Part shown: positions 32,750 through 43,095 of the stretch, piece by piece
Layout of the letters: each line of letters starts with the position of its first letter
Position numbering within the stretch: position 1 is the stretch's first letter
From: Octopus bimaculoides
Lineage: Eukaryota
DNA: 43,095 nt
NCBI RefSeq assembly: GCF_001194135.2
Contig: NC_069001.1
Location: forward strand, 38,319,536 to 38,362,630
Direction: 5' to 3'
Translations under genes and position numbers: made by a program
Notes under the pieces: generated by a model
The model's input: the letters and a program-made list of their open reading frames with translations, nothing else
What the model was told of the DNA's origin: nothing
Databases searched by the model: none

Positions 32750-33152
32750 AGTTACTCACACTTTCTGAAATGCTCGTGGTTTCTATTTATTTATATATTT
32801 CCTGACGGAGTTGTTGTTGTTGTTGTTGTTGCTGTTATTATTATTGTTGTTGTTCCTGCTGATTTTGTTCGTGTCAGCCTGTGGAATTCGAGGCAAGCTG
32901 ACGCGAAAATTGATGCGATGTGGTGTTGGTGTTGGTGTTGGTGTTGGTGTTGGTGTCGGTGTGGCGTCGATGTTGGCTGAGAAGTGAACACAAGTTTAAA
33001 ATGACGTCTGTAGTGGATGCAACGATTTCTTCAACAGTTTCGCCTCACACTGTACAATCACACACACACACACACACAAAATATAAAACCTTTCTACCGC
33101 TTCAGAGTTTTTCTTACCTTTCACCGACGCCCCCACCACTAAACGCACCTCT

Positions 33153-33187
<35 letters not shown>

Positions 33188-34076
33188 CCCTCTCGTTCGA
33201 CGTCACACTCCTACTCTCTCTCTCTCTCACTCTCTAATATCTTATTTTTATCTCAACTCCTCACGTCTTTCCTCTCCTCCCACCGTAAAAAAAACTTCCC
33301 TCCCTCNNNNNNNNNNNNNNNNNNNNNNNNNNNNNNNNNNNNNNNNNNNNNNNNNNNNNNNNNNNNNNNNNNNNNNNNNNNNNNNNNNNNNNNNNNNNNN
33401 NNNNNNNNNNNNNNNNNNNNNNNNNNNNNNNNNNNNNNNNNNNNNNNNNNNNNNNNNNNNNNNNNNNNNNNNNNNNNNNNNNNNNNNNNNNNNNNNNNNN
33501 NNNNNNNNNNNNNNNNNNNNNNNNNNNNNNNNNNNNNNNNNNNNNNNNNNNNNNNNNNNNNNNNNNNNNNNNNNNNNNNNNNNNNNNNNNNNNNNNNNNN
33601 NNNNNNNNNNNNNNNNNNNNNNNNNNNNNNNNNNNNNNNNNNNNNNNNNNNNNNNNNNNNNNNNNNNNNNNNNNNNNNNNNNNNNNNNNNNNNNNNNNNN
33701 NNNNNNNNNNNNNNNNNNNNNNNNNNNNNNNNNNNNNNNNNNNNNNNNNNNNNNNNNNNNNNNNNNNNNNNNNNNNNNNNNNNNNNNNNNNNNNNNNNNN
33801 NNNNNNNNNNNNNNNNATATATATATATATATATACACACAGCGCGTGCGTTCACTTAACTCTTTAAATAAGTATATGACTATATGATGAATATATAAAA
33901 TAAATACAGGCGTGCTTATGTTTGTTTATATATCAAAAAGTCTGTGTGTTTGTGTTTGTGTGTTCGAGTTGCAGCTGAAGGAAGAAGTTAAGAAGGCGTG
34001 AATGTAAGGAACTCTGCTAAGTTTGGGTATCTGAAGAGAATCTTCTGTGAGAAGAAAGTCTTCTACTTAAGTTACC
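32750..34076 (-). other. Candidate 5'-UTR splice structure of the TRIM gene
   Basis: Acceptor tttcAG| lies 15 nt upstream of the ATG (exon start 32764). Candidate upstream donors are AAG|GTAAG (exon end 33118) and CAG|GTAAC (exon end 34076). Based on motifs only. Confidence 0.3.
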
Positions 34077-34957
34077 TGAGTAATGAAATGACACGCACAG
34101 TGTTTGGTGCTGGAGAAGAACTCGGTCTCTGCTGCTGCTGCTGCTGCTAGGTTTGCTGAGGAGGGAAACACACCTGTTTTTGGCAAAACAGAGCAACGCA
34201 GCCGATAAACAAACATGGTGGATGCTATTGCAACTGTTTCGGCGCGTTGCTGGGGTTGGCGGTGCTGGTGTTGAAATATTTCGGGGGTAGGTAGATAGGT
34301 AGGGTATTGAAATAGTTGGTAATTTGGTAGAGAGATTAGGTGCTTCGTTGCTAAGCTATATATAGAGAGACAGAGGTTAATATCGAGGGTGTATATATAT
34401 ATTTATGTATAAGTAGATGGCAGTGTGTATAGATAGATAGACGAGTGATTAGATAGACAGATAGATAGAATGAGAGAGAGAGAGAGAGAGTGAAGGATGT
34501 GAGTCTTAATTTCTTCTTTCTTTTTTACTTTATGTATTCCTTTTTTTTTTTAAGTAATCTTTTAGTTTTCAAAACTTTAGACAAGTTTTTTTTTTAAAGA
34601 TTTCTCGTTATAATTTGTTGTTCTTCTGTTTCGTTTTCTTCTCTGTATTTTCGACAGGAAGTATAATTCTTCGAATTGATAATTAGCGATGATATTAATA
34701 ATAATAATAATAACAGAATATTATTATTATTGTTTTTGTTGTTGTTTATATTCGAAAAGAAAAGCTGTTATAAAAGAAAAGAAAACTTTTAAACAAAAAT
34801 ACTTGATACAAAAATAGCAATCATAATTAATCAAAATAATTAAGAATAATAAATTAATTACTGAAACACATTTAATTAAATGATAGTCGTATTAAAATAT
34901 TAACTGAAGCATAATAATTATCTGGGGGGGGGGAGGTTATTTATATATTTATCTTTT

Positions 34958-35133
34958 TCTCGTTTCAGTCATTGGACTACGGCCATGCTGGGGTATCGCC
35001 TTGAGTGGCTGTAGTCAGAGAATTAACATCAGTATATTTTTTTTAAGCTTAGTACTTATTATGTCATTCTTTTATGCCGAACTGTAAACAAACCAACACC
35101 GGTTGTCAAGTAGTCATGTGGAAGAAACACAAA

Positions 35134-35140
<7 letters not shown>
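34958..35140 (-). mobile_element. SINE family C
   Basis: gtttcagtcattggactacggccatgctgg...aaaccaacaccggttgtcaag. Confidence 0.7.
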
Positions 35141-35179
<39 letters not shown>

Positions 35180-35182
<3 letters not shown>

Positions 35183-35283
35183 GTGTGGCTGTGTAATAAT
35201 AAGTTTGCTTTCCAGCCACATGGTTCCGGGTTCAAGCCCCACTGCATGGCACCTTGGGCAAGTGTCTTCTACTGTAGCCTCAA
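35180..35283 (+). mobile_element. SINE family B, 5' part
   Basis: ggtgtggctgtgt...cacatggttccgggttcaag...ggcaccttgggcaagtgtcttctactgtagcctc. Confidence 0.8.
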
Positions 35284-35715
35284 GATTTATGCTTACGTCC
35301 ATTCCTTTGTGGGCGTGTTTTGCATTTATAATAAAATAAATATATACAAATTATGAGAATAANNNNNNNNNNNNNNNNNNNNNNNNNNNNNNNNNNNNNN
35401 NNNNNNNNNNNNNNNNNNNNNNNNNNNNNNNNNNNNNNNNNNNNNNNNNNNNNNNNNNNNNNNNNNNNNNNNNNNNNNNNNNNNNNNNNNNNNNNNNNNN
35501 NNNNNNNNNNNNNNNNNNNNNNNNNNNNNNNNNNNNNNNNNNNNNNNNNNNNNNNNNNNNNNNNNNNNNNNNNNNNNNNNNNNNNNNNNNNNNNNNNNNN
35601 NNNNNNNNNNNNNNNNNNNNNNNNNNNNNNNNNNNNCATGACACAGAAACAATTGGTGTGATTTGTAATTGAAGCCTGTCCGTTTCGTCTTCTTGTATAA
35701 ATGTTTACATACATA

Positions 35716-35795
35716 CATGGCTTTGGTCGACTTGGGGCCACAGTGGAAGACACTTGCCCAGGGTGGCACCCAGTGGGACTGAAACCGGAACCATA
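35716..35795 (-). mobile_element. SINE family B fragment
   Basis: ggctttggtcgacttggggcc...gaagacacttgccca...gtgggactgaaaccggaacca. Confidence 0.7.
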
Positions 35796-36224
35796 TGATT
35801 CCGAATTTGCGAAGGATGGGCGCGTTGTTAGCGAGGAAGGGATGGGTTGTAGTCGTTTGTGTCTGCGCCCACCACCACTACCAAGCCCCCCCCCCCAATG
35901 TATGACTGGTACTATTAGTTAATCTATCCATCCGCGGGTGGATGAAATTTGCGAGTTTTAGCTAAAGCGAGGTTTCAAACGTGAATTTGTTGGCGGTGGT
36001 GGCGACGGTGGTGATGGTAAGAGTTGTAGAAGTGGTAATGACGATGATGATGATGAATGAGAATGTGGTGGTGGTGGTGGTGGTGATAATGATGATGCTG
36101 ATGAGGATTAAGCTGATGGCACTCAAAACTCAAGTGTAGAATTACGTAGCAACAAAATTAACAACCGCCGCCTCCATTACGAGTTTTACTACTACTACTA
36201 CTTACAATTTCAACGGTTTCTGAT

Positions 36225-36425
36225 TTAGGCACATGGCCCTCGATTTTGAAAAGAGAGGGTTAGTTGATGCCATTGGCACCAGCACTTAACTGGTACTTTA
36301 TTTTAATCAACCCAAAAGGATGATAAATTAAGTCGACTTAGGTGGGATTTGAACGCAAAACATAGCTGAAAGAAATACCGTTAAGCAGCTTATCCGACGC
36401 TCTAATGATTCTGCCAGCAGACGAC
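36225..36425 (-). mobile_element. SINE family D
   Basis: aactggtactttattt...aagtcgactt...gatttgaac...gacgctctaatgattctgccagc. Confidence 0.7.
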
Positions 36426-36847
36426 CGTTGGTGAGGATATAGAAACAATGTTCAACTATACACATTCATAGTTTGACATCACAGTAAAGAAACAACAAGA
36501 GGATCATTTTTTGCTTGGCTACAGCTGTGAAAATTTTAAAGTTTAGTGAAAATATTAGAATTTGGTGTATTGATGTAATTTTTCACGCTGAATCTCAGGA
36601 GATAATTTACTTTTTGCAGAAAAATTCTTTAAAAGAGTTATAGAGGTTTAAAGTTTGATCATTTTTATCCAGTCCGAAAGCAGGATTTGGAAGCCGTCAT
36701 TTTGTGCGTGACAGTACGTGTTGTCAACATTGCGACGATGGCACATGCTTTGATATCAGACTGTAAACTGAAATATTGGCGCAATTCTGCTTTATGCACG
36801 CCGTATAACCTCCTGAAATTTACAGAACATTCTTGCGAATTTGTATT

Positions 36848-37054
36848 CTACACACGATTTATACGTTCTCCCTGCAGGCTCTCATATTTGACACGCCTCA
36901 CTCCATATGCCGGACCACACCATTCTTCCCACGGGACTGTAAGCTCAATCAAGATTATTTTCCTCGCCTTTTCACACCACAAAACTACATCTGGTCTCAG
37001 GATTGTATGAACAACCTGGGGAAACCGCCGTCTTTCCTCCAGATCCGCTTTCAT
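36848..37054 (-). pseudogene. Restriction-like endonuclease (RLE) fragment of an R2/NeSL/HERO-type non-LTR retrotransposon
   Basis: LRPDVVLWCEKARKIILIELTVPWEE...RVKYESL matches the RLE motif RPD...IE(L/V)TVPWE...K..KY. Confidence 0.85.
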
Positions 37055-37582
37055 ATTTTATAATTGGGCCCCGTAAACTATTTGTTAATGTGTGTGTGTG
37101 TGTGTGTGCGCGTGTGTGTGTGTGTGTGTGTGTGTGCGTGCGTGTTTGCGTGCGTGTGTGTGTGTGTGTGTAAGTACAACCAACAAAGAATATCTACAAG
37201 GTTATTATACTTGCTAGAAATGACAGTCAGATATCCCTCAAATCACACCTAACTGTCTAAAACAAAGGAAGTACCTACTGGTTAAGGTAGTCCCTTATAC
37301 ATTGTGTCCGACTAAATGAATATTATAGCCATGGCAGGAACGTCTTTGATGATTAGGGCGTTGGATCTGCAATGACCTGTGGTTAAACAACAACAACAAC
37401 AATGTGGTCACCGTAATTAACAGTCATCAACTGTGTCTGAGAATATTAGCCAAGATAGACTTGTGCTCAATTTAGAAGTGTGCGTGTGTGTATGTGTCTG
37501 TGTGTGTGTGCATTTTCAAGCTTGTTGATTCACTTTGTGTAGGCCAGTGCAATGTGTCAAAGGGCCAATGTTGCAGACGAGA

Positions 37583-37740
37583 GACGTGGTTGTGTGGTAA
37601 GAAGCTTGCTTTCCAACCACATGGTTCTGGGTTCAGTCCCACTGCGTGACGCTTTGGGAAAATGTCTTCTACTATAGCCCCGGGGCCGACCAAAGTCTTA
37701 TGAGTGGATTTGGTAGACGAAACTGATAGAAGCCCATCGT
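37583..37740 (+). mobile_element. SINE family B
   Basis: gacgtggttgtgtggtaagaagcttgctttccaaccacatggttctgggttcagtcccactgcg...ggatttggtagacgaaactga. Confidence 0.85.
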
Positions 37741-37779
37741 GTGTGTGTGTGTATGAGCGTGTGTGTGTGTGTGTGTAAA

Positions 37780-37912
37780 AGCTTGTGGCCCAGTGGTTAC
37801 GGTGTTGCACTCACGATCGCTAGATCGTTGGTTCAATTCCTGGGCCTAGTGTTGCTTTGTGTTCTTGGGCAAGACACTTTACTTCACGTTGTTCCAGTCC
37901 ACTCAGCTGTCG
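37780..37912 (+). mobile_element. SINE family A, 5' part
   Basis: gtggcccagtggttacggtgttgcactcacgatc...ggttcaattcc...ttgggcaagacactttacttcacgttgttccagtccactcagctg. Confidence 0.8.
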
Positions 37913-38075
37913 ACAGGTCACCTCTACGACGGAAGTAGCTTTTCGATCAAGAGAAATGTCAACTTGCTCGCCCAAAGCTAAAACGAGGCAAAAGTGCATC
38001 GGGACCAGCGATGTATATAATAACGTGGTCGATCACGTGTCTGTATATTTGTGTGTATATTCGTACATGTATGAA

Positions 38076-38115
<40 letters not shown>

Positions 38116-38868
38116 TCATATATATTTTTATATATTACATGTAGTGAGTGTATGTATGTATATATGTATGCATGTTTGTGTGTGCATTCTAACGTAAATA
38201 TCAGTATGAGCAAACAACCATAACTAATTAAGTGCCCTGNNNNNNNNNNNNNNNNNNNNNNNNNNNNNNNNNNNNNNNNNNNNNNNNNNNNNNNNNNNNN
38301 NNNNNNNNNNNNNNNNNNNNNNNNNNNNNNNNNNNNNNNNNNNNNNNNNNNNNNNNNNNNNNNNNNNNNNNNNNNNNNNNNNNNNNNNNNNNNNNNNNNN
38401 NNNNNNNNNNNNNNNNNNNNNNNNNNNNNNNNNNNNNNNNNNNNNNNNNNNNNNNNNNNNNNNNNNNNNNNNNNNNNNNNNNNNNNNNNNNNNNNNNNNN
38501 NNNNNNNNNNNNNNNNNNNNNNNNNNNNNNNNNNNNNNNNNNNNNNNNNNNNNNNNNNNNNNNNNNNNNNNNNNNNNNNNNNNNNNNNNNNNNNNNNNNN
38601 NNNNNNNNNNNNNNNNNNNNNNNNNNNNNNNNNNNNNNNNNNNNNNNNNNNNNNNNNNNNNNNNNNNNNNNNNNNNNNNNNNNNNNNNNNNNNNNNNNNN
38701 NNNNNNNNNNNNNNNNNNNNNNNNNNNNNNNNNNNNNNNNNNNNNNNNNNNNNNNNNNNNNNNNNNNNNNNNNNNNNNNNNNNNNNNNNNNNNNNNNNNN
38801 NNNNNNNNNNNNNNNNNNNNNNNNNNNNNNNNNNNNNNNNNNNNNNNNNNNNNNNNNNNNNNNNNNNN

Positions 38869-38960
<92 letters not shown>

Positions 38961-38975
38961 TTAGTAGTAGTAGTG
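38869..38975. repeat. (TAG)n microsatellite
   Basis: Read directly; it is the source of the poly-L and poly-V ORFs. Confidence 0.95.
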
Positions 38976-39057
38976 TTTGAGCTAATTCTGTTGAGAAAAC
39001 CGTTGAGTCAATCAAAAAGATATTTGAACCAAAACCAAAAATGATAATTCATTCCAG

Positions 39058-39247
39058 TTTTAGCCCAAGGCCACAGACGACTACTTCGGCCATTCGACTC
39101 CAGTGCATAACTGGTACTTTATTTGATTGGTTCCAGAGGGATAAAAGGCAAAATTTGACCTCGATGGCATTTGAACCCGGCGCATGAACAGCTGGAGCGA
39201 ATACCGCGAGACGTTTTGTCCGACGCACTAATGACTTTGTCAGCTCA
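39058..39247 (-). mobile_element. SINE family D
   Basis: taactggtactttattt...aaaaggcaaaatttgacctcg..ggcatttgaacc...gacgcactaatgactttgtcagctc. Confidence 0.7.
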
Positions 39248-39326
39248 TTATCCTGATGATGAAGATGACGATGATGATGATGATCATGATGATGGTAAGG
39301 AGGAGGAAGAGGAGGATGTTTCAAAT

Positions 39327-39495
39327 GTTGACACAAGGCCAGCACTTTTAGGGTGGGGTGTTAGTCGATTAAATGGACCCCAGTGCTTAACTGATGCTTA
39401 ATTTATCGATCCCGAGAGAATGGACGACAGAGTCAACCTCGGCGGTATTTGAACCCAGAACGTAAAGAGCCGGAAGAAATACCAGCTCGCCACCA
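39327..39495 (-). mobile_element. SINE family D with an internal deletion
   Basis: ttgacacaaggcc...gtcaacctcggcggtatttgaacccagaacgtaaaga...ccagctcgcc. Confidence 0.75.
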
Positions 39496-40271
39496 CCCTG
39501 AAGATAATGATGATGATGATAATGACGATGATGATGATGATAATGATACTAATAATATTAATTAGTTTATCAATTATCTAATTAATTTTATTGATCATTT
39601 TTAAACGATAATTTCTGTATTAGTTCGGTTCCCAAAGGGCCCCGCAGACTTTGGGAGACATTACAAAGACATCACGAAGGAGAGGGGGGGGTATTATACA
39701 AAAATAATTTAAGGGGAAAAAAACAACAACAACAACAATAACAACCACAAAAACAACTATAATTGATAACAAAAAGAAGAATGGAGAGGTTCCTCGCCCC
39801 CAGTAGAGGAATGGGTACAACCATCTGGGGATTTAAACAAGGGACCTCTCCCTTACAAGACGTTGGGTCCATTCTCTGGGGCCACACTCATTACTCGTAC
39901 TCACTTTCCGACAAAGGGTCACCGAGAGTTCTCCTTCGTGGATGCTCTGTCTGCTAGAAATAGCAGCCAAATGTCCCTCCCTCTAAATCGGCCCCTTGGT
40001 GGGATCAGAACTCACAACATTCAAAAATTCAGCCGAATACTAGCAAATAATTTGTCCTTCTTTCAAGATCCATGATTCTTAACCCCGGGTGTGTGTGTGG
40101 GGAGGGGTATTGAGGGGGGGTGATAAAGAGGACGGGGAATATTTGCTTAGGTCGGAAAGTGTTTTAGTGACCCTGTTTTTGTTAGATTTGTTTAGGGTTA
40201 GTGTTTATTTTAAAGGATCTAAAGGGTTAAGAGTCAGTGTGGGAGAATGTGTTAGCATAGTTGACAACGTG

Positions 40272-40848
40272 TGTAGTGGAAGGCCACGTTGCGTTTTGGG
40301 AGACAGCGTTGGTAGGGGCTGACCACGGATGTAGGGATAGCATCGTAGTGGGGGGGCCAGCGATAAAGTCACCTAGGGATTCCATCAAGGAATCCCCACA
40401 TATTCAGTGCTAACCAATGTTGCCCTAGCCATCAAGGGCAAGTGCTCTCTTTCCTTCAGAGCCATACTAAATGAGATTACTGTATAGGAGCAGATCTCTT
40501 CAGTGAGAGAAGACCACGTCTGTAGGGACAAACCGCATCAGTAGGGGTTGACCTTATCGGAAGTGAAAAACCATATCGGGTTGACCACTGATGTAGGTAC
40601 CTAGGAATTCAACCAAAGAGTCTCCAAATAACCAGGGTTAAGTAAGGTAAGTGGCCTCCCTCAAGCAGGAACATACTGAGTGAAATTACTGTGTAGGGGC
40701 AGACCATGTACATAGTTGGAGGCCACGTCTGTAGGGCCTAACCACATCCGGAATGGGAGACCAACTCTGTGGAGGCAGACCATGTCCGTAGTGGGAGACC
40801 AAGTTCATTGTGGGAGGCTACATCAGTAGGAGAGAGCCACTGAGTAGC
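40272..40848. repeat. Higher-order repeat: clusters of a degenerate 19-bp unit within ~210-230-bp super-units
   Basis: Seven consecutive exact 19-nt units at 40700-40832 (e.g. gaggccacgtctgtagggc, cagaccatgtccgtagtgg). Spacer motifs cctagg.attc at 40372/40600 and catact..gtga.attactg at 40463/40672. Confidence 0.75.
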
Positions 40849-41299
40849 CATAACACATTCTGTGGCACTGATGTAGAGACAACACAATCTATTAATTTAT
40901 AATAAAGACATAAAAATAATAATAAATATACAGAAGAATAGCAAAAAGCAGAGTCGTGTGGGCAGTCACCCCCTGGTGTACAGATCTTAAAGGGTACGAA
41001 ATTTCCTGTTTTTTATGGGTAACTAATACATAAACCACTTGATGAAAACACCCACATCCAACACCAAATCTAATTACAATAAAGTGACCCCGGCTGACCT
41101 TCTCAATCCAGAAGTCACCCGAGGTTTTTGTGATTAAAAGTTAAGCAAGTCAGCTGGGGTCACCGAAAGGTTTCGAACCCCCTGTAAATATTATTATTGT
41201 TTATTATTTACGGAACAGCATGGACTTTGAGAGATCCACGATGCGAAATTATCCCACCCCTACCAGAAGACTCTGGGAAATACTGCCCATACACCTATA

Positions 41300-41530
41300 A
41301 TGTTGTTGGGCTTCATTACTCCTGCTCGTAAGATCGTGGTTTCAATTCCTTGACCGGGTAGTATGTTGTGTCCTTGAGCAAAACACTTGATTTTACATTG
41401 CCGCAGTCTATTCAGCTGTAAATAGGGAACCCTGCAGCGATAGTTGGGAAGTTAACCTTGCGACGGACCGGCGTCCCGTTCAGGGAGGGGATATTGCAAT
41501 TTCAATCCATGGAAACCGGGTCAAGCTCCG
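41300..41530 (+). mobile_element. SINE family A, diverged
   Basis: cgtaagatcgtggtttcaattcc...ttgtgtccttgagcaaaacactt...ccttgcgacggaccggcgtcccgttcaggg. Confidence 0.7.
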
Positions 41531-41615
41531 GCCCCGTGAGCTGTGAGGCTTCAAGACAGACCTCAGACCTCATTAATATAATTTCGTGTTTTACACTAAT
41601 TAATTTATAATTAAG

Positions 41616-41730
41616 GAGGAGTGGCTGTGTGGGAAGAAGTGTGCTTCCCAGCCACATGGTTCCCGGTTCAATCCTACTGTGTGGCTCGTTGCAAGTGATT
41701 TTAGTCGACGGAAACTGAGAGAAGCTTATC
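41616..41730 (+). mobile_element. SINE family B with an internal deletion
   Basis: ggagtggctgtgtgggaagaag...cacatggttcccggttcaatcc...gacggaaactga. Confidence 0.75.
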
Positions 41731-41877
41731 GAAGATATGTGTGTGTGTGTGTGTGTGTGTCTATACATACGTATGTGTACACACACACACACAATATATA
41801 TAACAAAAGGTAAACGGGATTAATAAATCCAGGTAGATACCTAGAAAGCACTCCGGGATTAAGACAAAGTTGTTAAC

Positions 41878-42082
41878 TACGTGGAAGGGCTGAAAAGTTC
41901 CTGGTTTTGAGTAAAAGAAAATACAGGAGGAACAATAAATTACGATTTTATTGAACATATTTCATTCTCAGATTCACACACTTATTGCAACGATCCTATT
42001 AAAGAACTCGGAAGGTTGGGCCTCCAAATCTGCCTTTCGCGATACCCTTAAAACCAGAATCTTTTCTCCCCCTCCCCTCGTA
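41878..42082 (-). mobile_element. Mariner-derived MITE, same family as 21739
   Basis: tacg...gggctgaaaagttcctggttttgagtaaaagaaaatacaggagga...attcacacacttattgca...ccctcgta. Confidence 0.8.
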
Positions 42083-42196
42083 TATCAATCCATCAGATGC
42101 CATAAAATTCAAATAGAATTAACATCCAAGGTAATTCCCCATGTATGACAAGTGGATCCAGATGTGTGTGTGTGTGTTTAGAGAGACACGTTAAAG

Positions 42197-42438
42197 CAGT
42201 GGTCCTCAATCGACGCCCATATGGCCCTTGGGGCCCAAATGAGATTTTGTTCTTAACATTCGTCTGCAATAAATTGCTTATATTTCTACAAAACACAAAA
42301 TACTTAAAAAAATTATTTTTATGCAATTTCTAATAATATTCTATTATATAAAAAGATTTTTCAAACATTGAATAGAATAGCTGTGAATAAAATAGGGACC
42401 AAATGGGTCCATGCGTGCCAAATGGTTGAGAACCACTC
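42197..42438. mobile_element. hAT (Buster/Charlie-type) MITE, 242 bp
   Basis: TIRs cagtggtcctcaatc / ggttgagaaccactc. The 8-bp TSD is cgtTAaag (42189-42196) and cttTAaag (42439-42446), a 7/8 match with central TA. Confidence 0.85.
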
Positions 42439-42861
42439 CTTTAAAGGGTCTGACAAAACGATTTGTGGTACTATTTCTGGTTCCGATTTCGTATCCCACT
42501 GCAATCAACTTCACGTTTTATCATTTCGGGGCCCGACGAAATAAAACACAGATCAAACACTGAAGATCGGTATCGTTCATTATTCCGTCTCCCAATTTTC
42601 CGATCTTATATCTAAATTATCAATCGACTTAACAAAGTTTTCCAGCTTCCGAGAAAGAAGGGGGTAAGACGAAGGGGGTAAGACACCACCAACCCCAGCT
42701 TAACAGAAATTGTAGAGCAGGGGAAATTTCGTGCCCTTTCGTATCAGTGCACCAGGGTCAGGGGTGTGACTATCCCTGCCTCTACCTCTTTCTTACTCCT
42801 CTCTATTAATTTTCGTAGGGGTATTCTACCAAAGTAAGCCTTTAATATAAGGCTACTAAGG

Positions 42862-43082
42862 GGGGTAAGCTGGCAGAATCATTACCCCGCCGGGAAAAAC
42901 CCTTAGCGGCATTTTGTCCGTCTTTATGTTCTGAGTTCAAACTCTCGTCGGGGGCTTTACCTTTCATCCCTTTCGGGGTCAATAAAATAAGTTTGTTGAA
43001 CACGGGGGTGGGAGGGGTCGATGTAATCGGCTTCGCCCCACCCTCGAACTTGTTGACCTTGTGCCAACATTTGAAACCAATA
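42862..43082 (+). mobile_element. SINE family D
   Basis: agctggcagaatc...ttttgtccgtctttatgttctgagttcaaa...ccttgtgccaacatttgaaacc. Confidence 0.8.
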
Positions 43083-43095
43083 TAAGGGTGTCTAC

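Noticed and set aside
27227-32980. Numerous plus-strand and off-frame ORFs overlapping the TRIM (e.g. 28614-29270, 29465-29812)
   Set aside because: They are antisense shadows of a long GC-richer coding exon with no independent domain signal.
32791-32991. 66-aa HQHQHQ/poly-T ORF upstream of the TRIM as an N-terminal extension
   Set aside because: It is out of frame with the TRIM ATG (offset 242 nt) and is made of (TGGTGT)n and (GTT)n repeats.
34031-34063. CUGAAGA...GAAA near the putative TRIM 5' region
   Set aside because: There is no stem II closing directly on the core and no helix I or III.
503-39044. Long ORFs containing X runs (e.g. 503-1294, 5426-5983, 8417-9004, 16985-17796, 24311-25378, 33248-33855, 38224-39044)
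   Set aside because: They are open only because N gaps contain no stop codons, and the flanks are microsatellites.
40700-40832. Regular 19-bp array and 6086-6137 13-bp array as CRISPR-like
   Set aside because: The units are contiguous with no unique spacers, there are no cas genes, and the context is eukaryotic.
1181-42333. YIYI, CVCV, THTH, poly-L, poly-V and poly-H ORFs throughout the window
   Set aside because: These are translations of (TA)n, (CA)n, (GA)n, (TAG)n and (CAT)n microsatellites.

Overview
Eukaryotic, AT-rich draft-assembly DNA that is dense in microsatellites and has many N gaps. The SINE families and repeat landscape suggest an octopus (inference). There is one clear protein-coding gene: an uninterrupted 5.5-kb minus-strand ORF (27239-32749, 1836 aa) encoding a TRIM/RBCC protein (RING, B-box1, B-box2, coiled coil) with a ~1480-aa disordered tail and no recognisable C-terminal globular domain. 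That tail carries about 35-40 LC8/DYNLL-type motifs, many spaced exactly 12 residues apart, followed by two EB1-type SxIP/SxLP motifs, paired 14-3-3-type sites and a B56-type LxxIxE motif. The rest of the window is mostly mobile-element debris: about 25 tRNA-type SINE copies, mariner and hAT(Buster) remnants and MITEs, RTE and RLE-type LINE fragments, and a Helitron-like element. Several Penelope-like terminal-repeat remnants contain hammerhead-ribozyme-shaped motifs, including a near-perfect inverted pair at 9563-9728. Most entries in the ORF track are artefacts of N gaps, microsatellites or the antisense strand of the TRIM. No CRISPR array, rRNA or intact tRNA was seen.
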